A stretch of DNA of 64,000 nt, taken from NCBI GenBank assembly GCA_002269645.1, contig NIVC01000896.1:186001-250000 (forward strand), read 5' to 3'. The stretch comes from Macrostomum lignano (lineage: Eukaryota). The translations under genes and the position numbers were made by a program. Below are positions 1 to 14,371 of the stretch, piece by piece. Under the pieces are notes generated by a model. That model had not been told where the DNA came from. It made no database searches and saw nothing but the letters and a program-made list of their open reading frames with translations. Numbering within the stretch: the stretch's first letter is position 1; each line of letters opens with the position of its first letter.

Positions 1-3000
1 CCATGTGTAGCAACAGCTGATTGAACTCGGGGCTCTTCAGCAGCGAACGAAGTTGAACACTTGGTCGAACCTTCTCCACGGGTATCTGGCAGTCAACTAT
101 CGCCAACTGGAAGTGATCCTCGATGGCGCAATCAACTACAGTGGGGTAAAGCCAGTTTTTGTTAATTTTCTAGCAACCATAAAGTGTTTTAAAAAGGTAG
201 CTACAGTAGGACTCACCATCGTAAGCAACTTCTCCCGAGTCTTCATCTGGCACACTCCATAGGCCATTGACCGGGCCCGTTCTGGACTCGTACTCAAGAA
301 GAATTCGTCTTAACAAACTTGCCGGAATCAACGGATAATTGGTGCGAATGCGTTGCCATGGTGTCTGGAATATCCGATCGATTGAGACAAGACTTAAAGT
401 CATGCAAATAATTAAATCGAACTACGAGTAACAAACCATCCTCACCGACATCAGCAGAGACTTTGGCGTAGCCAACAAATCCACGATACTATTGGGCAAA
501 TCCAACGCGACGATGAACTGCTCAAGGCCTTCCTGACGCAGCCACTCCTCCAGCTGGTCAAGATTGACTCGAAGTTGAACGGCACAGTTCCATTTGAGAA
601 AGTTAGTTGGATCTGGAGTGAAATATGTGACACTTTATAAAAGCACCATGATATTTCTCTAAATCGTAGTTAAATAATCATTCCTGGGCAACGCATCTTT
701 CAGGGTGCCACTTTCATTTAGTCGGACGGCCGAGTCATCTTAGGAGCGCTATTGTATTTCAGTTGGGGACCAGCTGCAGAGCTGACGCCAAAGCTACTGA
801 AGAGCGCGGAGGCTATGGTAAGGAAGGCCCTCTTGCACCCACCCTCTTGCCACACTGTCTATGTCCCTGAATTTTAAGAGTTGCTTCGAGTCATCTTTGT
901 TACCTTAAGTACATTTTTGAAATATGAGCTACCTGTAAGGTATTAAATTTTTGCATGAAATCTCACCTGTTCCAAAAAGTCTCTGCGTAAAGTGCTTGCC
1001 TATTTGAAACACCAGCCGTTTCATAATCATGAGTCTCAGAGTGCTCACGCACTGATACTGCATGTTAGTGAAGGCCCGGCTAACCTGGGTGAGCAGGGTT
1101 AGGAAGCCTCCCATGGTTGGTCCAGTACCGCTGGGCTCACTCGCTGAGCCAAGTCCTGTGTCGCATAGGGCCGCGCTCTCAGCCAGAACTTCCTGCACGT
1201 TTGGTTGGATAAGCTCAATTTCTAATCGGCAACTCAGTGCAGTACGCATGCATCTAACGAAGAGGATTTTCTTCGCATGTTTTGTGTTCAGTTTAGGGGA
1301 AAAACTAAATCACTCTTACCTCTCCAAGCTGACTAAAAATTCTGTCCAGCATCTGCTGCATCGTGGTCTCGCAGAAGTCGCGCCAATGCTGGCATCGAAC
1401 CGCCGCCGCTGTCAGGCCGACGCCGCAAGCCTCGTGGAAGAACAAGAAGATTTCGAAGGCCAGAGCGCAAGCCCGGATCATCTCCGAGTAGCACTGGGCT
1501 TTGTCGCGTCGGTCCTCCATCTGGTTGGCCTTCTTGGCCAAGGTAACGGCCGAGTCGGTGATGTGCCACTGGATCTCGGCGCCGGCATGTTCCAGCTCTA
1601 GATCAGCGACGTAGACGGTCAGAAGGACGAATAGACCAGCGGCGAATTGAAGATCGACGGCCTCTCCAAAGTAGAGAGCCAACACGCTGCCCAAGCTGGC
1701 CTGGGTCAGCTGCTGAGTGTCCACTTCGCGAGCTGCCGAGTTCAAAGAGGCGGCCTTATCGTCACGCGGGGTGTCCAGAAACGAGTCGGAAGGCACCGTG
1801 GTGCTCACAAAGGATCCGGCAGCCGCTGCTGCAGTTGTGACTTTTCGTCGTTCGCTTTCAACAGCGCCGCTGTCTTCAAGCAGCTGCTGAAGATCGATAG
1901 ATCGCTGCGCCGACTCCAAGAACATGAGCCAAGTCAGGCCTATCGACCTATCTGGCACCTGGGAGGTGTCCTTGAACATGAAAACGTAGGAGCACATTTC
2001 GCCAGCCCCAATCGAAATGACATCGCCTGGCGAGAGGAAATGTTTCCGATCGATCAGCTGACCGTTCAACAGGACCTCGGCGTTTCCAACCGGCGATAGA
2101 GACATACAGTACGGCTTTGAATCCTTTGCGGTGTCGTCGTCGCCGACTTCGCTGTGACAGGCTTCAATGACACAGTGTTTTGGCTGCACGTCTGCGCAGC
2201 GCAGATGAATGTCGCATTTGCGATCATCACTACCCAGTAGGTTCATATCGTAAAGATCATTGACAAGGAGATCGTTTCGGGTGTCGAAGCCTTTTACTAA
2301 AAGTAGATAGGGACCTAGCGGTACAGGATACTTTTTACTCGAGCGCCTGTCGACACTAGGAAAGTAGACCGTCTCCGTCTGCGTTCCGCATCCTCTAGTC
2401 CGACCGCGGGTCTGAGTTGGTGGATCGCCCGGCTCTACCTGCGTTGCGACTTGGCAGCGGAGCCGCTTTGGCGGTGTACCTTCGTGCAGCTGTCGGTCAT
2501 CCGCACTGTCGCTGTCGTCCAGGTCATAGTGGCGGGAGTAGTCGCCCGACCGCCAGAGCTGAACTCGACGCCGCCGTCTGCGATCCTGACGACGTCTGGA
2601 GTTTTTCGCCTCAGCTGGAGACACCTGTTTAAGCTCGAATCGTCTGTAGTAACCATATAGAGGCTTCCAGAGTGCTTGGATGACGAGAACGTGCTCTTCA
2701 GGTCCAATGATGCGACGGCACTGCTCAACAAACTGCATGGGTTCCTGGTGGCCAGACTGACGAGCATGGTGAGGCTGGTAGGGCTCCATCTTCCCTATTA
2801 CTTCGCATAGGAAGAATTCATCTCCGTCTTCGTAGAGAATGTCGCAGCGCTGTAGCACATCGTTAATGACATCGGCAGCTGTTGCTACCGCGGAGAGCAG
2901 GACGGTGCGAAACTCGGGTAGGCCCGCGCACCGGTTGAGCCCGGCTGTGAACACCTTCAGGCTGCCCGGATTGGAATAATCATAGCTCAACTCGCCTTCC

Positions 3001-3185
3001 ACATCCTCGCGACGGAGCTTGCGTGGCCCGCGAACGAACACGTCGTCCTCAAGGTCGCTGAACTCATAGCGCTCGGAGCTGCGCGACCGTTTGTCCCGCT
3101 TGCGGAACAGCTTCCTTCTGCGCGTTCGCGGCTGCCGAGGCTGCTGGTCGCTATGGACCGAGCGCTCCGAGCCGCTTAAAGACAT
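1..3185 (-). CDS. RADIL: RADIL/RASIP1-like protein (RA, FHA-like and DIL domains); 3' end lies beyond the left edge
   Basis: Exons 3185-1320, ~1270-967 (acceptor tentative, 49-nt intron), 612-446, 364-217, 135-<1 join in frame with GT-AG borders. RA domain (GSLKVF...FLCEVIG...LWKPLYGYYRRFELK), FHA-like segment (PYLLLVKGFD...HCVI), DIL-domain motifs (FLKWNCAVQLRVNLDQLEEWLR, DLLATPK, WQRIRTNYPLIPASLLRRILLEY) recalled from the RADIL/afadin/myosin-V family. Confidence 0.8.
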
Positions 3186-4333
3186 GACAGCAAAATTCGA
3201 AGCTGAGTAAAAGCTTTAACTAGTATGGTCTAAATCCTGTATTTTAGTCTGGTTTTGCAAGTTTTCAACTTAATTAAACAGATCAGATGACGCTTGCCAC
3301 CTTCTGCTTGCTAGTGCCAGGCGGGGAACCTATGAACCGTGAGAAAGCTCGCCTGCATGCAGAGCTCAATATATACCCCTCTTATCTTATTTGTCATCCG
3401 AACAAAGATGTTAAAAAAGCATTTTCACTGTTGTAGCCTACGAGCTACACTCAGTCCTTCTTGACTGTCTTTTTGCCTGTCTTGCAGTTTTTCTGTCCCA
3501 GCCGTTTTTTATCGAGAACGAATAGATGCTACGAAGTTGTTCGTTTCGTCTCTTCTATTCATACATAGTCGAGCACAGACCCCTGCTGGTTGTGTTGTAT
3601 ACTTTGAGCAGAGAATAGCGAGATGTTTCCGACTGAGACACTTAAAGAATCCGACAGCGCGGTAGATGCAAATTGCCGAATAGAGAAACTAGTGAGTTGC
3701 ATTCTCAGTGAGACTGTAGGTAGAGGGACTGCGGGACAAAAGAAACTGCTAACTGTTGTTTTTATACCCCCTAGTAAGTATAAACCCCCGTGGCTTCGTC
3801 CAATTTGGAAATTTGCTCAGGTAGCAGCCATAGGGTGCAATTCTCCCCCGTAGCGTCGAAAATTCGAGTGCAATTTGTGGGGCCACCCATGAAGGCAGAG
3901 ACGCGCATTGCTGCTAGAAAGCGTACGTGTCTCACTTTTATTGACTGGCATAAAACAAGTAGCAGGTTTGTGTGGGAAACTAATGCGTGTTTTGTAAGAA
4001 AATATGAGTCGACGAAGATTTTCATCTTGTCATGCACGGATGCAGCCCACTTGCGAAGAGTCGAAATTCTATGTAAAGTTAACTGAGATTCAGATAGGCC
4101 AAAATATCGCTGTTTATACAAATGCACTTTATGTAAAGCTTAAAACTTATGTAGATTTCCTGCACTGTGGGTTGGGAGCAAAGCACACACGGAGGAATTG
4201 GAACTTGTTCTGACTTTCCTACTATAGTACATTATAAGCCAGTGTACATAACCTGTGCCCTGCTCGTAGAGAAAGTACACAGAAATCCCGGGACTTATTT
4301 GGAGTTTTTCTCTCAGATCCATGCCCTGGCGTC

Positions 4334-5427
4334 TTAGCGATTCCCCCCTGTGAGCCTTGGCATCTCAGCGATTTTCCCTGTGAGCCTTGGCATCTCAGCT
4401 ATCCCTCCTCCCTGTGAGCCTGGGCATCTCAGCAATCTCCCTGTGAGGTTTTGCATCTCAGCAATCCCCCCTGTGAGGCTTGGCATCTCAGCGATTTTCC
4501 CTGTGAGCCTTGGCATCTCAGCTATCCCTCCTCCCTGTGAGCCTTGGCATCTCAGCTATCCCTCCTCCCTGTGAGCCTGGGCATCTCAGCAATCTCCCTG
4601 TGAGGCTTTGCATCTCAGCAATCCCCCCTGTGAGGCTTGGCATCTCAGCAACCCCCTCCCTGTGGTGAGCCTTGGCATCTCAGCAACCCCCCTCCCTGTG
4701 AGCCTTGGCATCTCAGCAATCCCCCCTCCCTGTGAGCCATGGCATCTCAGCAATCCCCCCTCCCTGTGAGCCTTGGCATCTCAGCAATCCCCCCTCCCTG
4801 TGAGGCTTGGCATCTCAGCAATCCCCCCTGTGAGCCTGGGCATCTCAGCAACCCCCTCCCTGTGAGCCTTGGCATCTCAGCAACCCCCTCCCTGTGAGCC
4901 TTGGCATCTCAGCAACCCCCCTCCCTGTGAGCCTTGGCATCTCAGCAACCCCCTCCCTGTGAGCCTTGGCATCTCAGCAACCCCCCTCCCTGTGAGCCTT
5001 GGCATCTCAGCAATCCCCCCTCCCTGTGAGCCTTGGCATCTCAGCAATCCCCCCTCCCTGTGAGCCTTGGCATCTCAGCAATCCCCCATGTGAGGCTTGG
5101 CATCTCAGCGATTTTCCCTGTGAGCCTGGGAATCTCAGCAACCCCCTCCCTGTGAGCCTTGGCATCTCAGCAATCCCCCCTGTGAGCCTTGGCATCTCAG
5201 CAACTCCCCTCCTTGTGAGCCTTGGCATCTCAGCAACCCCCCCCATGTGAGCCTTGGCATCTCAGCAACTCCCCTCCTTGTGAGCCTTGGCATCTCAGCA
5301 ACCCCCCCCCTGTGAGCCTTGGCATCTCAGCAACCCCCCCCCCTGTGAGCCTTGGCATCTCAGCAATTCCCCCTCCCTGTGAGCCTTGGCATCTCAGCAA
5401 CTTCCCTGTAAGCATTGGCATCTCAAC
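4334..5427. repeat. Minisatellite, ~30-34 bp unit (CCCCCTCCCTGTGAGCCTTGGCATCTCAGCAA), intergenic
   Basis: About 33 imperfect tandem copies visible; length varies in the C-runs. Confidence 0.95.
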
Positions 5428-6192
5428 GTCGATTTGATAAAATGCAAAACAAAAACAATGCGCAAGTGCAAAGAAAAAAATAAAATAAAAAGTCTTCAGT
5501 AACAAATTAATGGCCTCATCTACATGCAGCCTTTTCCTCTCTCTCTCGGTGAGCGTATCAAAACTTCAGGTTTCGAAGCTAGTCCAAAATAAATGTAAAA
5601 CCGATTGTATTGTAGTTGTCCCCAAGCTTTTCGGGTGGAAAAAGACGACAATTGTGAGATAAATCATAAAAAAGTGGAAATACTAGTGCGCAAAACAAAG
5701 ATTAAAACAAAGTAGTGCTGACAATACCTCGACTATAGACTGCTGAAATGCACAATGGCAAATAAAAATACTTTCATATGGGCAGCCAATTAGCATGCGT
5801 GCCCAGTTGGGGTGCATAAAAGCAATATAAGGTAACCTATGCTGCAAAAGCTTTAGTAGCAAGGGCACTGCTGCGATTTTGCGGCTAACTGACGAATAAA
5901 ATGAAGTGCGACAAACGCTTTTCAATGTAAAACAACTAAGTTAGCAACTAAAGTCACTGCGTGCTTTGGTAAAAAACAAAACAAAAATAAAATTTCAAAA
6001 AAATGAAATCAATACCAAATCACAACCGTTCACCTTTTTGACCTTACAAAAAAAGAAAATAAAAAAAACTCAAATATTAGACGGAGGCCGGCTGCGGGAA
6101 GCAAATGAAAACAGTTGACCTGCTACGGGGCCTCAGGATTGGTGCAGCAAAGAGCGGAGACAATTCCGCTGGCAAGGTTGTCACAAGTCTCA

Positions 6193-8224
6193 TTACTCAA
6201 GCTCTTCCTCCTCCTCTTCGTACTCGCCTTCATCGTCCGCTGTGGCGTCCTGGTACTGTTGCAACTCGGACACCAAATCGTTCACGTTGGACTCGGCCTC
6301 CATGAACTCGTGATCGTCCATGCCTTCGTTGGTGTACCAGTGAAGGAAAGCTTTCCGCTTGAACATGGCGCTGAACTGCTCGGAGACTCGCTTGAACAGC
6401 TCCTGGATAGAGGTGGAGTTGCCGATGAAAGTTACGGACATTTTCATCCCGCGAGGCGGAATGTCGCACACGGCAGTTTTGACATTGTTAGGAATCCACT
6501 CGACAAAGTAAGAGCTGTTTTTGTTCTGCAGGTTGAGCATCTGCTCGTCAACGTCTTTAGTAGACATTCTGCCGCGGAAGATGGCGGCGACGGTGAGGTA
6601 GCGGCCGTGCTTGGGGTCGCAGGCGGCCATCATGTTCTTGGCGTCGAACATCTGCAGGGTGAGCTCGGCAACGTTGACCTGCTTGTAGCTGGAGCTGCCG
6701 CGAGCGGTCAGCGGGGCGAAGCCGGGCATGAAGAAGTGCAGCCGAGGGAACGGCACCATGTTCACAGCCAGCTTGCGCAGGTCTGCATTCAGCTGTCCCG
6801 GGAATCGCAAACAGGTGGTTGTGCCGGACATGGCGGCGCTCACCAGATGGTTGAGATCCGCGTAGCTGGGCGAGCTCAACTTCAACGTGTGAAAGCAGAT
6901 GTAGTAGAGGGCCTCGTTGTCGATGCAGAACGTTTCGTCAGTGTTTTCAACTAGCTGGTGCAGGGACAGCATGCAGTTATAAGGCTCTACAACTGTGTCG
7001 GACACCTGAAATTCGGAAAAACTCGTTGATGAACTCGGCACCAACAAAACACTGACAGGAAATTTTTATAATCTACACGATGCCAAAAAATTATAACATT
7101 ACTTGCACTAACATTAGATGCATTTACCAATTAGTACCACAATCAAAACTAAATAAAAATTCCCAGCCAAAAGAGTACTTGCTCAGTCCTTGAAAAATCA
7201 TATTACTATGTTCTTTTCGCCAGAGCTAGATTTAAACTGTGCACATCTATGGCCATAGACAATTAACGCGAAAGCTACCAGGCAATAGATAAAAGTACAA
7301 ATAATGATATTAGGCCACTATAATGCGGATTTTCCACACGGAATTAAAACTATCTATCTGTTTCTTTGTTAAACTTTTTATTTGTTCAGTTCAATACCAA
7401 AAATATTCATCTAAGTGTTACTTATAAACGTTAAATCGACGAAAACACTAAGAGTTAGATCATTATGACTTTAATCAATGGGAAAATTTAACCATTGCTT
7501 GAAATCTAGCTAGTTGATATTAAGTTATAAAATAGATCCTATCAGCTATCAAGGAAAATAAGAAGAACCTACCTTTGGAGACGGCACCACGGAGAACGAC
7601 ATGATGATTCTGTCGGGGTACTCCTCTCGGATCTTGCTCAACAGCAGCGAGCCCATACCCGAGCCTGTGCCTCCGCCCAGCGAGTGGGTCAACTGGAAGC
7701 CCTGCAGGCAGTCGCAGCCTTCGCACTCTTTCCTGACCGCGTCCATCACCTTGTCGATGATCTCGGCGCCCTCGGTGTAGTAGCCCTTCGCCCAGTTGTT
7801 GCCGGCGCCGCTCTTGCCAAACACGAGGTTGTCAGGCTGGAAAAGCATGCCAAAAGCACTGGCTCTGACGCTTTCCATGGTTCCAGGCTCCAGGTCGATC
7901 AGGATGGCCCGCGGTACGTACTTTCCGCCAGTAGCTTCGTTGTAGTACACAGAGATTCGCTCCAGCTGTAGGTCCGAATCGCCATGATAAGTGCCGGTGG
8001 GGTCGATCCCGTGCTCATCGGAGATCACTTCCCAGAACTGTTATATATCCAAGGAAAGAGTGTCGCATTTCATAAAATAAGCAATTGGCAAGAAATTACA
8101 TTTTAAAATAATAATACGCTTGTACATTTATGCTTAGTCTGGCAATAAAATAAAATACGCTGCTTACCTTGGCACCAATCTGGTTGCCGCACTGACCAGC
8201 CTGCATGTGAACGATTTCCCGCAT
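6193..8224 (-). CDS. TUBB: Beta-tubulin, divergent isotype, 444 aa
   Basis: Exons 8224-8168 ([19 protein letters not shown]), 8037-7573, 7005-6193, all phase 0 with GT-AG borders. GGGTGSG GTP-binding motif and acidic C-terminal tail. Confidence 0.97.
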
Positions 8225-8858
8225 GATGGTAAAGGCTGCTGCTTTTTAAGGATTCTAAAAATGCTTTCTCAATTAGCAGATGAAATTAACGCGACTTCGA
8301 GTTCCGGCAGAATCTCGTCTCTTTTAGCACGCTCTTTTTAGCTCAAAACTTAAGGCAACTGTGGGCACTAGGCAGCTCCCTTTGATTTTAGTGTCCTGTA
8401 CCTGAGCCATGAGCCATAGCGGAAATTTCGACGTTAAGGGAATGGAGAGACAAAATCAAATGTCTATGGCCAAAAGCGTCTTATCGAACTCAATAAGTGT
8501 CAGTAGCTAAGGCATAGTATATTAAGATTACCGTCTGTGCTTATAAGTCCATGGTTCGAGTTACATGTACTTTGAAACTTATGGTAGTAAAACTAAAGGA
8601 TTCCGTCCGAGATGTAATATACATCGTTGTGCGACGTTACGTTTTAGCACAAGGCGGGTAAATACAGCACTTAGAATGTCTACCCTCTGAGAAAATAAGA
8701 GCAGGTTTTGTTTGTACATTGCAAATCTAAACACGACCGTTATTTTTAAATGTACAAGCTCTTACCTTTAAAGAAGGTACCAAAAATATAGTTTAAGACT
8801 TCAAAAAACATAAATTTCTAGAAATGAGCTCTGTAGTTACAATCACCTTTAGTTCACA

Positions 8859-10811
<1,953 letters not shown>

Positions 10812-10926
10812 CCGAGACTACCGCTCTGTGTCCTACTCTGTGTCCTCTGTGTCCTCTGTGTCGTATGTTATTTGACATTATTGAAACAAAACGAAGGCAA
10901 GGTAGAATATTTTTGTAGCTTTAGGT

Positions 10927-11298
10927 CAGGGGTCGGCAAAATCTTTTTTACTTCAAGGGCCAGATAAAGAATCTAGCGCATGCATAGCTGCGGGCCAGAG
11001 CAAGGGAGAAAGAGAGAAAATAGAAGAGAAATTAGAGATGAGATATGGGAAAGACGAGGCGAGGGGCAATAGGCGAGAAGAGAGGAAAAAAAGAGATAAA
11101 TAGGAGAGGAGAGGAGAGGGGAAATAAGAGAAGAGGAGAGAATGAAAGGAGATAAAAGGAGAGAAAAGAGATGAGATTAGAGAAAAGGGAGCATAAAAGA
11201 CACAAACATTGAACGGGCCAGATTGCTATTGTGAAGTTGAAAACAGAGGACCAAAGCGCTGAATTGAGGTTTTGCGGTCCGGAGTCAGCCGACCCCTG
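10927..11298. mobile_element. Non-autonomous hAT/Charlie-type MITE (372 bp)
   Basis: Terminal inverted repeat CAGGGGTCGGC...GCCGACCCCTG, internal GGGCCAG motifs typical of Charlie-type ends, GA-rich filler. 8-bp flanks only partly match (CTTTAGGT/CTTTATTA). Confidence 0.7.
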
Positions 11299-11893
11299 CT
11301 TTATTAAATGTATTTCAGCTTCAGTCTAGCACTTTAACTATCTTCTTCTACTATAGAACACTTAAAAAGTAACTTCAGCTTTCAATGCTATGTTTAAAAT
11401 GCTTTATTTATATGTCATGTAGCTAGTTTTAGGCGTAACTTTATATTTAGCGAATAGTATATGATTTATAACGTACTCATCAAATGTTCAAATTTCGACT
11501 TTTATTTTAAATTGTATAGTTTATTCTATTTTAAAAAACTTTTTTTGTCTTATTTATTGCTAAAAACCTTGAGTATCTAAACGCTTTTTAGAGTATCTGT
11601 ATCCCTGCGCGTGTCTCGATTCGATGATTAAATTACAAAAAATATAAGAAAACGTTATACAAGCAGGTTTACTTTGTGTCCAATATGAATGTGTCTATTT
11701 ATTTTGTTATTAAACTCATGAATTTAATAAAAAATGTGTCTACCAAGCCTACAGAATGGATCTATGAAACATGGCTAAGAAATCAATACACTACTAATAA
11801 ATTAATAAATGGCAGACATATTCAAAAATGCAACACGAGACCGTCATTGAAAGTAATCAATGAGTTTGATATTATAATGTTATCGATTTCCAA

Positions 11894-12948
11894 TCACTTC
11901 AGCTCAGCCTCCTCACGCTGAGCAGCGCCGTCTTTGTCTTTATGAGTCAGCTGTTTCAGCTCGTTCGCACTGCGCTGCATCAGTGGAGCATAGAAGTCAA
12001 GCAGTTCCTGCACTTTTTCAGACGGGAGACCGGTACCCTGCGGCTGACGCGTGTTCAACAGCTCCTGCGAATGTTCCGAGCAGCAAGCAATTTGATACAC
12101 AAGGAATTGATTAACTTCTTCACCCCTAAGAACCCGGCTTTGATTCCATACGCTGCCACATTCACATTGTTTTGGGCTTAGGGGCTATCTATACAGTGTA
12201 GCTACTGTATATGCCTCGAAAAATAAGCAAGTCAGACCCTGTGTGAGCGTATGTATGATTGAGTGCGTCTTTATTTTCGACAGTGTTTGAACTGTAGTGT
12301 CTATTGCTAGATATCGAGTGTACACACTGCATAATCTATATAGTGAGTATTAACTGAAATGCACTTTGAAACTGCTTTTTTCGACCCTAGATTTGTCCAA
12401 GCCAAGTATAAAATGCTCCCTTCTTGGCTAGAAAGGCTTTGCAAAGCGGCGCATTAAGATTCTAGCTATAGTCTATGGCCAGCCCTGCTGACCATGTCGG
12501 CAGGAACGAAGCTTCTGTATTTCTAGCTCCGGCGCGAAAAGGTTAAAACAACATACGAGCTACACTGGTTATTTACCTGAAACTGCATCAGAGTCAGCCT
12601 ACCAGGCGGCACAGTCTCTGGTGGAACTTCCGGCACTCCCAGTTCGCCAATAGGCATGTAGTACCGCCTCTGCGGCAGAGGTCTCTGCTGTTTTTGTTGC
12701 TCAGTTTTCTGTGGCGTCACCGGGTCCGAGCTCACAACCTTGACTTTGCTAAGATTTTCCAACAGACTCGCATCCTTTTTATTGACAGCTTCATCCAGAT
12801 TTGGGTCTTTCGCTACCTGCCTGAGCATCTCTCTCTCGGATTCGAACCTGGGAGCTCTGACTGGAGCTTTCTCATTGCGTGACAGGAGCTTTAGTGCGCG
12901 ACGCTCAGCGTCATAGTTGCGCATAAAACGAGCCACTTTGTTGCCCAT
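11894..12948 (-). CDS. NDUFAF4: Mitochondrial complex I assembly factor NDUFAF4-like, 180 aa
   Basis: Exons 12948-12577 and 12064-11894, phase 0. MGNKVARFMRNYDAERRA..., APR, KKDASLLENLSKVKVVSSDP and VPPGRLTL resemble the NDUFAF4/UPF0240 pattern as recalled. Confidence 0.85.
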
Positions 12949-14371
12949 TGAGATTTTATTTTCTATAATTGATTTCAGTTGGTAACAACTAATTACTACT
13001 TAAATAGATTATGGTCAATCCAGAGTTTTAAAACTGCTGAATCTGAAATATTAGAAATAAGTTCATTAGATATTATATCATGCGAGGTAATCTTGGATAA
13101 TGTAGGTGTTAAAATAGTTTTTAAAAATAAATAGTAGCTATTGTTTGCTTTCTGTAATTTTACTCTTTGTTCAACAAAGTTTGTTTCTATAAATGGGCAT
13201 GGATTTAAAAAAAAATTGTGTTTCTGTTGGCTAAAACTAAAAAAAGAATAATCTAGATAGATGTAAAAAACAAACTTTGACAAAATAATTTTTTAGCTTG
13301 CAAGAGCAGTGCCATGAACATTGGCATCCTAGATTGCTTAGTCTGCTTTCTTGACTAATGTTGCAACCATTTCAATATATAAACATGCTTATAAAAATTG
13401 TGTTGCCTTTCTTTTGTTAAGAATTTATACAAATCACCTTTATCATGCTAATAAGACACCAAAACATCTTAGCTTTTCTGTATAGCAATCTTTAAAAAAA
13501 CAATATTGAATTTAAAAAATTATGATCTAGATTATAATATAGGTCATATACATAGTTGTAGGTCCAATATAGTTCTAATATGTGTCAGAGAATGATATTT
13601 AGCAGCTATCAATTAATGTTACGTAATTCAAGGCAGAAAAGCAATGAAAAGTAATAACTGTTAGGCTATTATATAGAATGATCAAGTGTCTATAGCATGG
13701 GCATAGGAATATAAAAAAGTGAGAAGGGATATTCATCCTACCATTCCTATGCCTATATAGCTTAGGATAATTTTTTGAGATGCCAAGGTGTATTAAATAG
13801 AGTTGCTGAGATAGCAAGGGTCAATTAGGTGATGTTGAGGTGGTGGCATTTTCTATCCCACGCATCTTATTTGCTTTTTTGCATAGTTAGCTGGTTATAT
13901 AAATTAACACAGAGTGGGCACGCATGGTCTGCGTGGCTGTTTTAGTGCAGGCAAATAGGTGGGTCTAACATTAAATATCTATGATAAGTTTGTGATAGCA
14001 TATCAGTGTTTCGAATGCTGATATTTGTTAACCATTTTGGCCATAGACTATTGCAGCTTTTTGGTGTCAGATATATTATAACAAGTTTTAAGCATAAAAT
14101 TTAGTGCCTGATTAAGCTTAGTTTTTTAAAAATAGCTATTTGTACTTAAAATAGTTTGTACAGTACTTTTCTAGTCAAAATAATTTAATAAATGGAACTT
14201 GACAATAGCTAATTTACTGCCAGACTATTTTAGGGCACCTAATAAAATGCAGAATTTATGGCAGGATTGGAATGGAATAGCTTGGTAAAATGTGTAATCC
14301 ATAACAGAATGGTAAAATGTAGAATAAGCAATGGAATCTACTAACTTTAACTAAAATGCAAATTCAAAGTA

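Noticed and set aside
6115-6954. 279-aa plus-strand ORF, and similar ones at 1062-1601 and 62622-63134
   Set aside because: Antisense shadows of GC-rich coding exons (tubulin, RADIL, arrestin).
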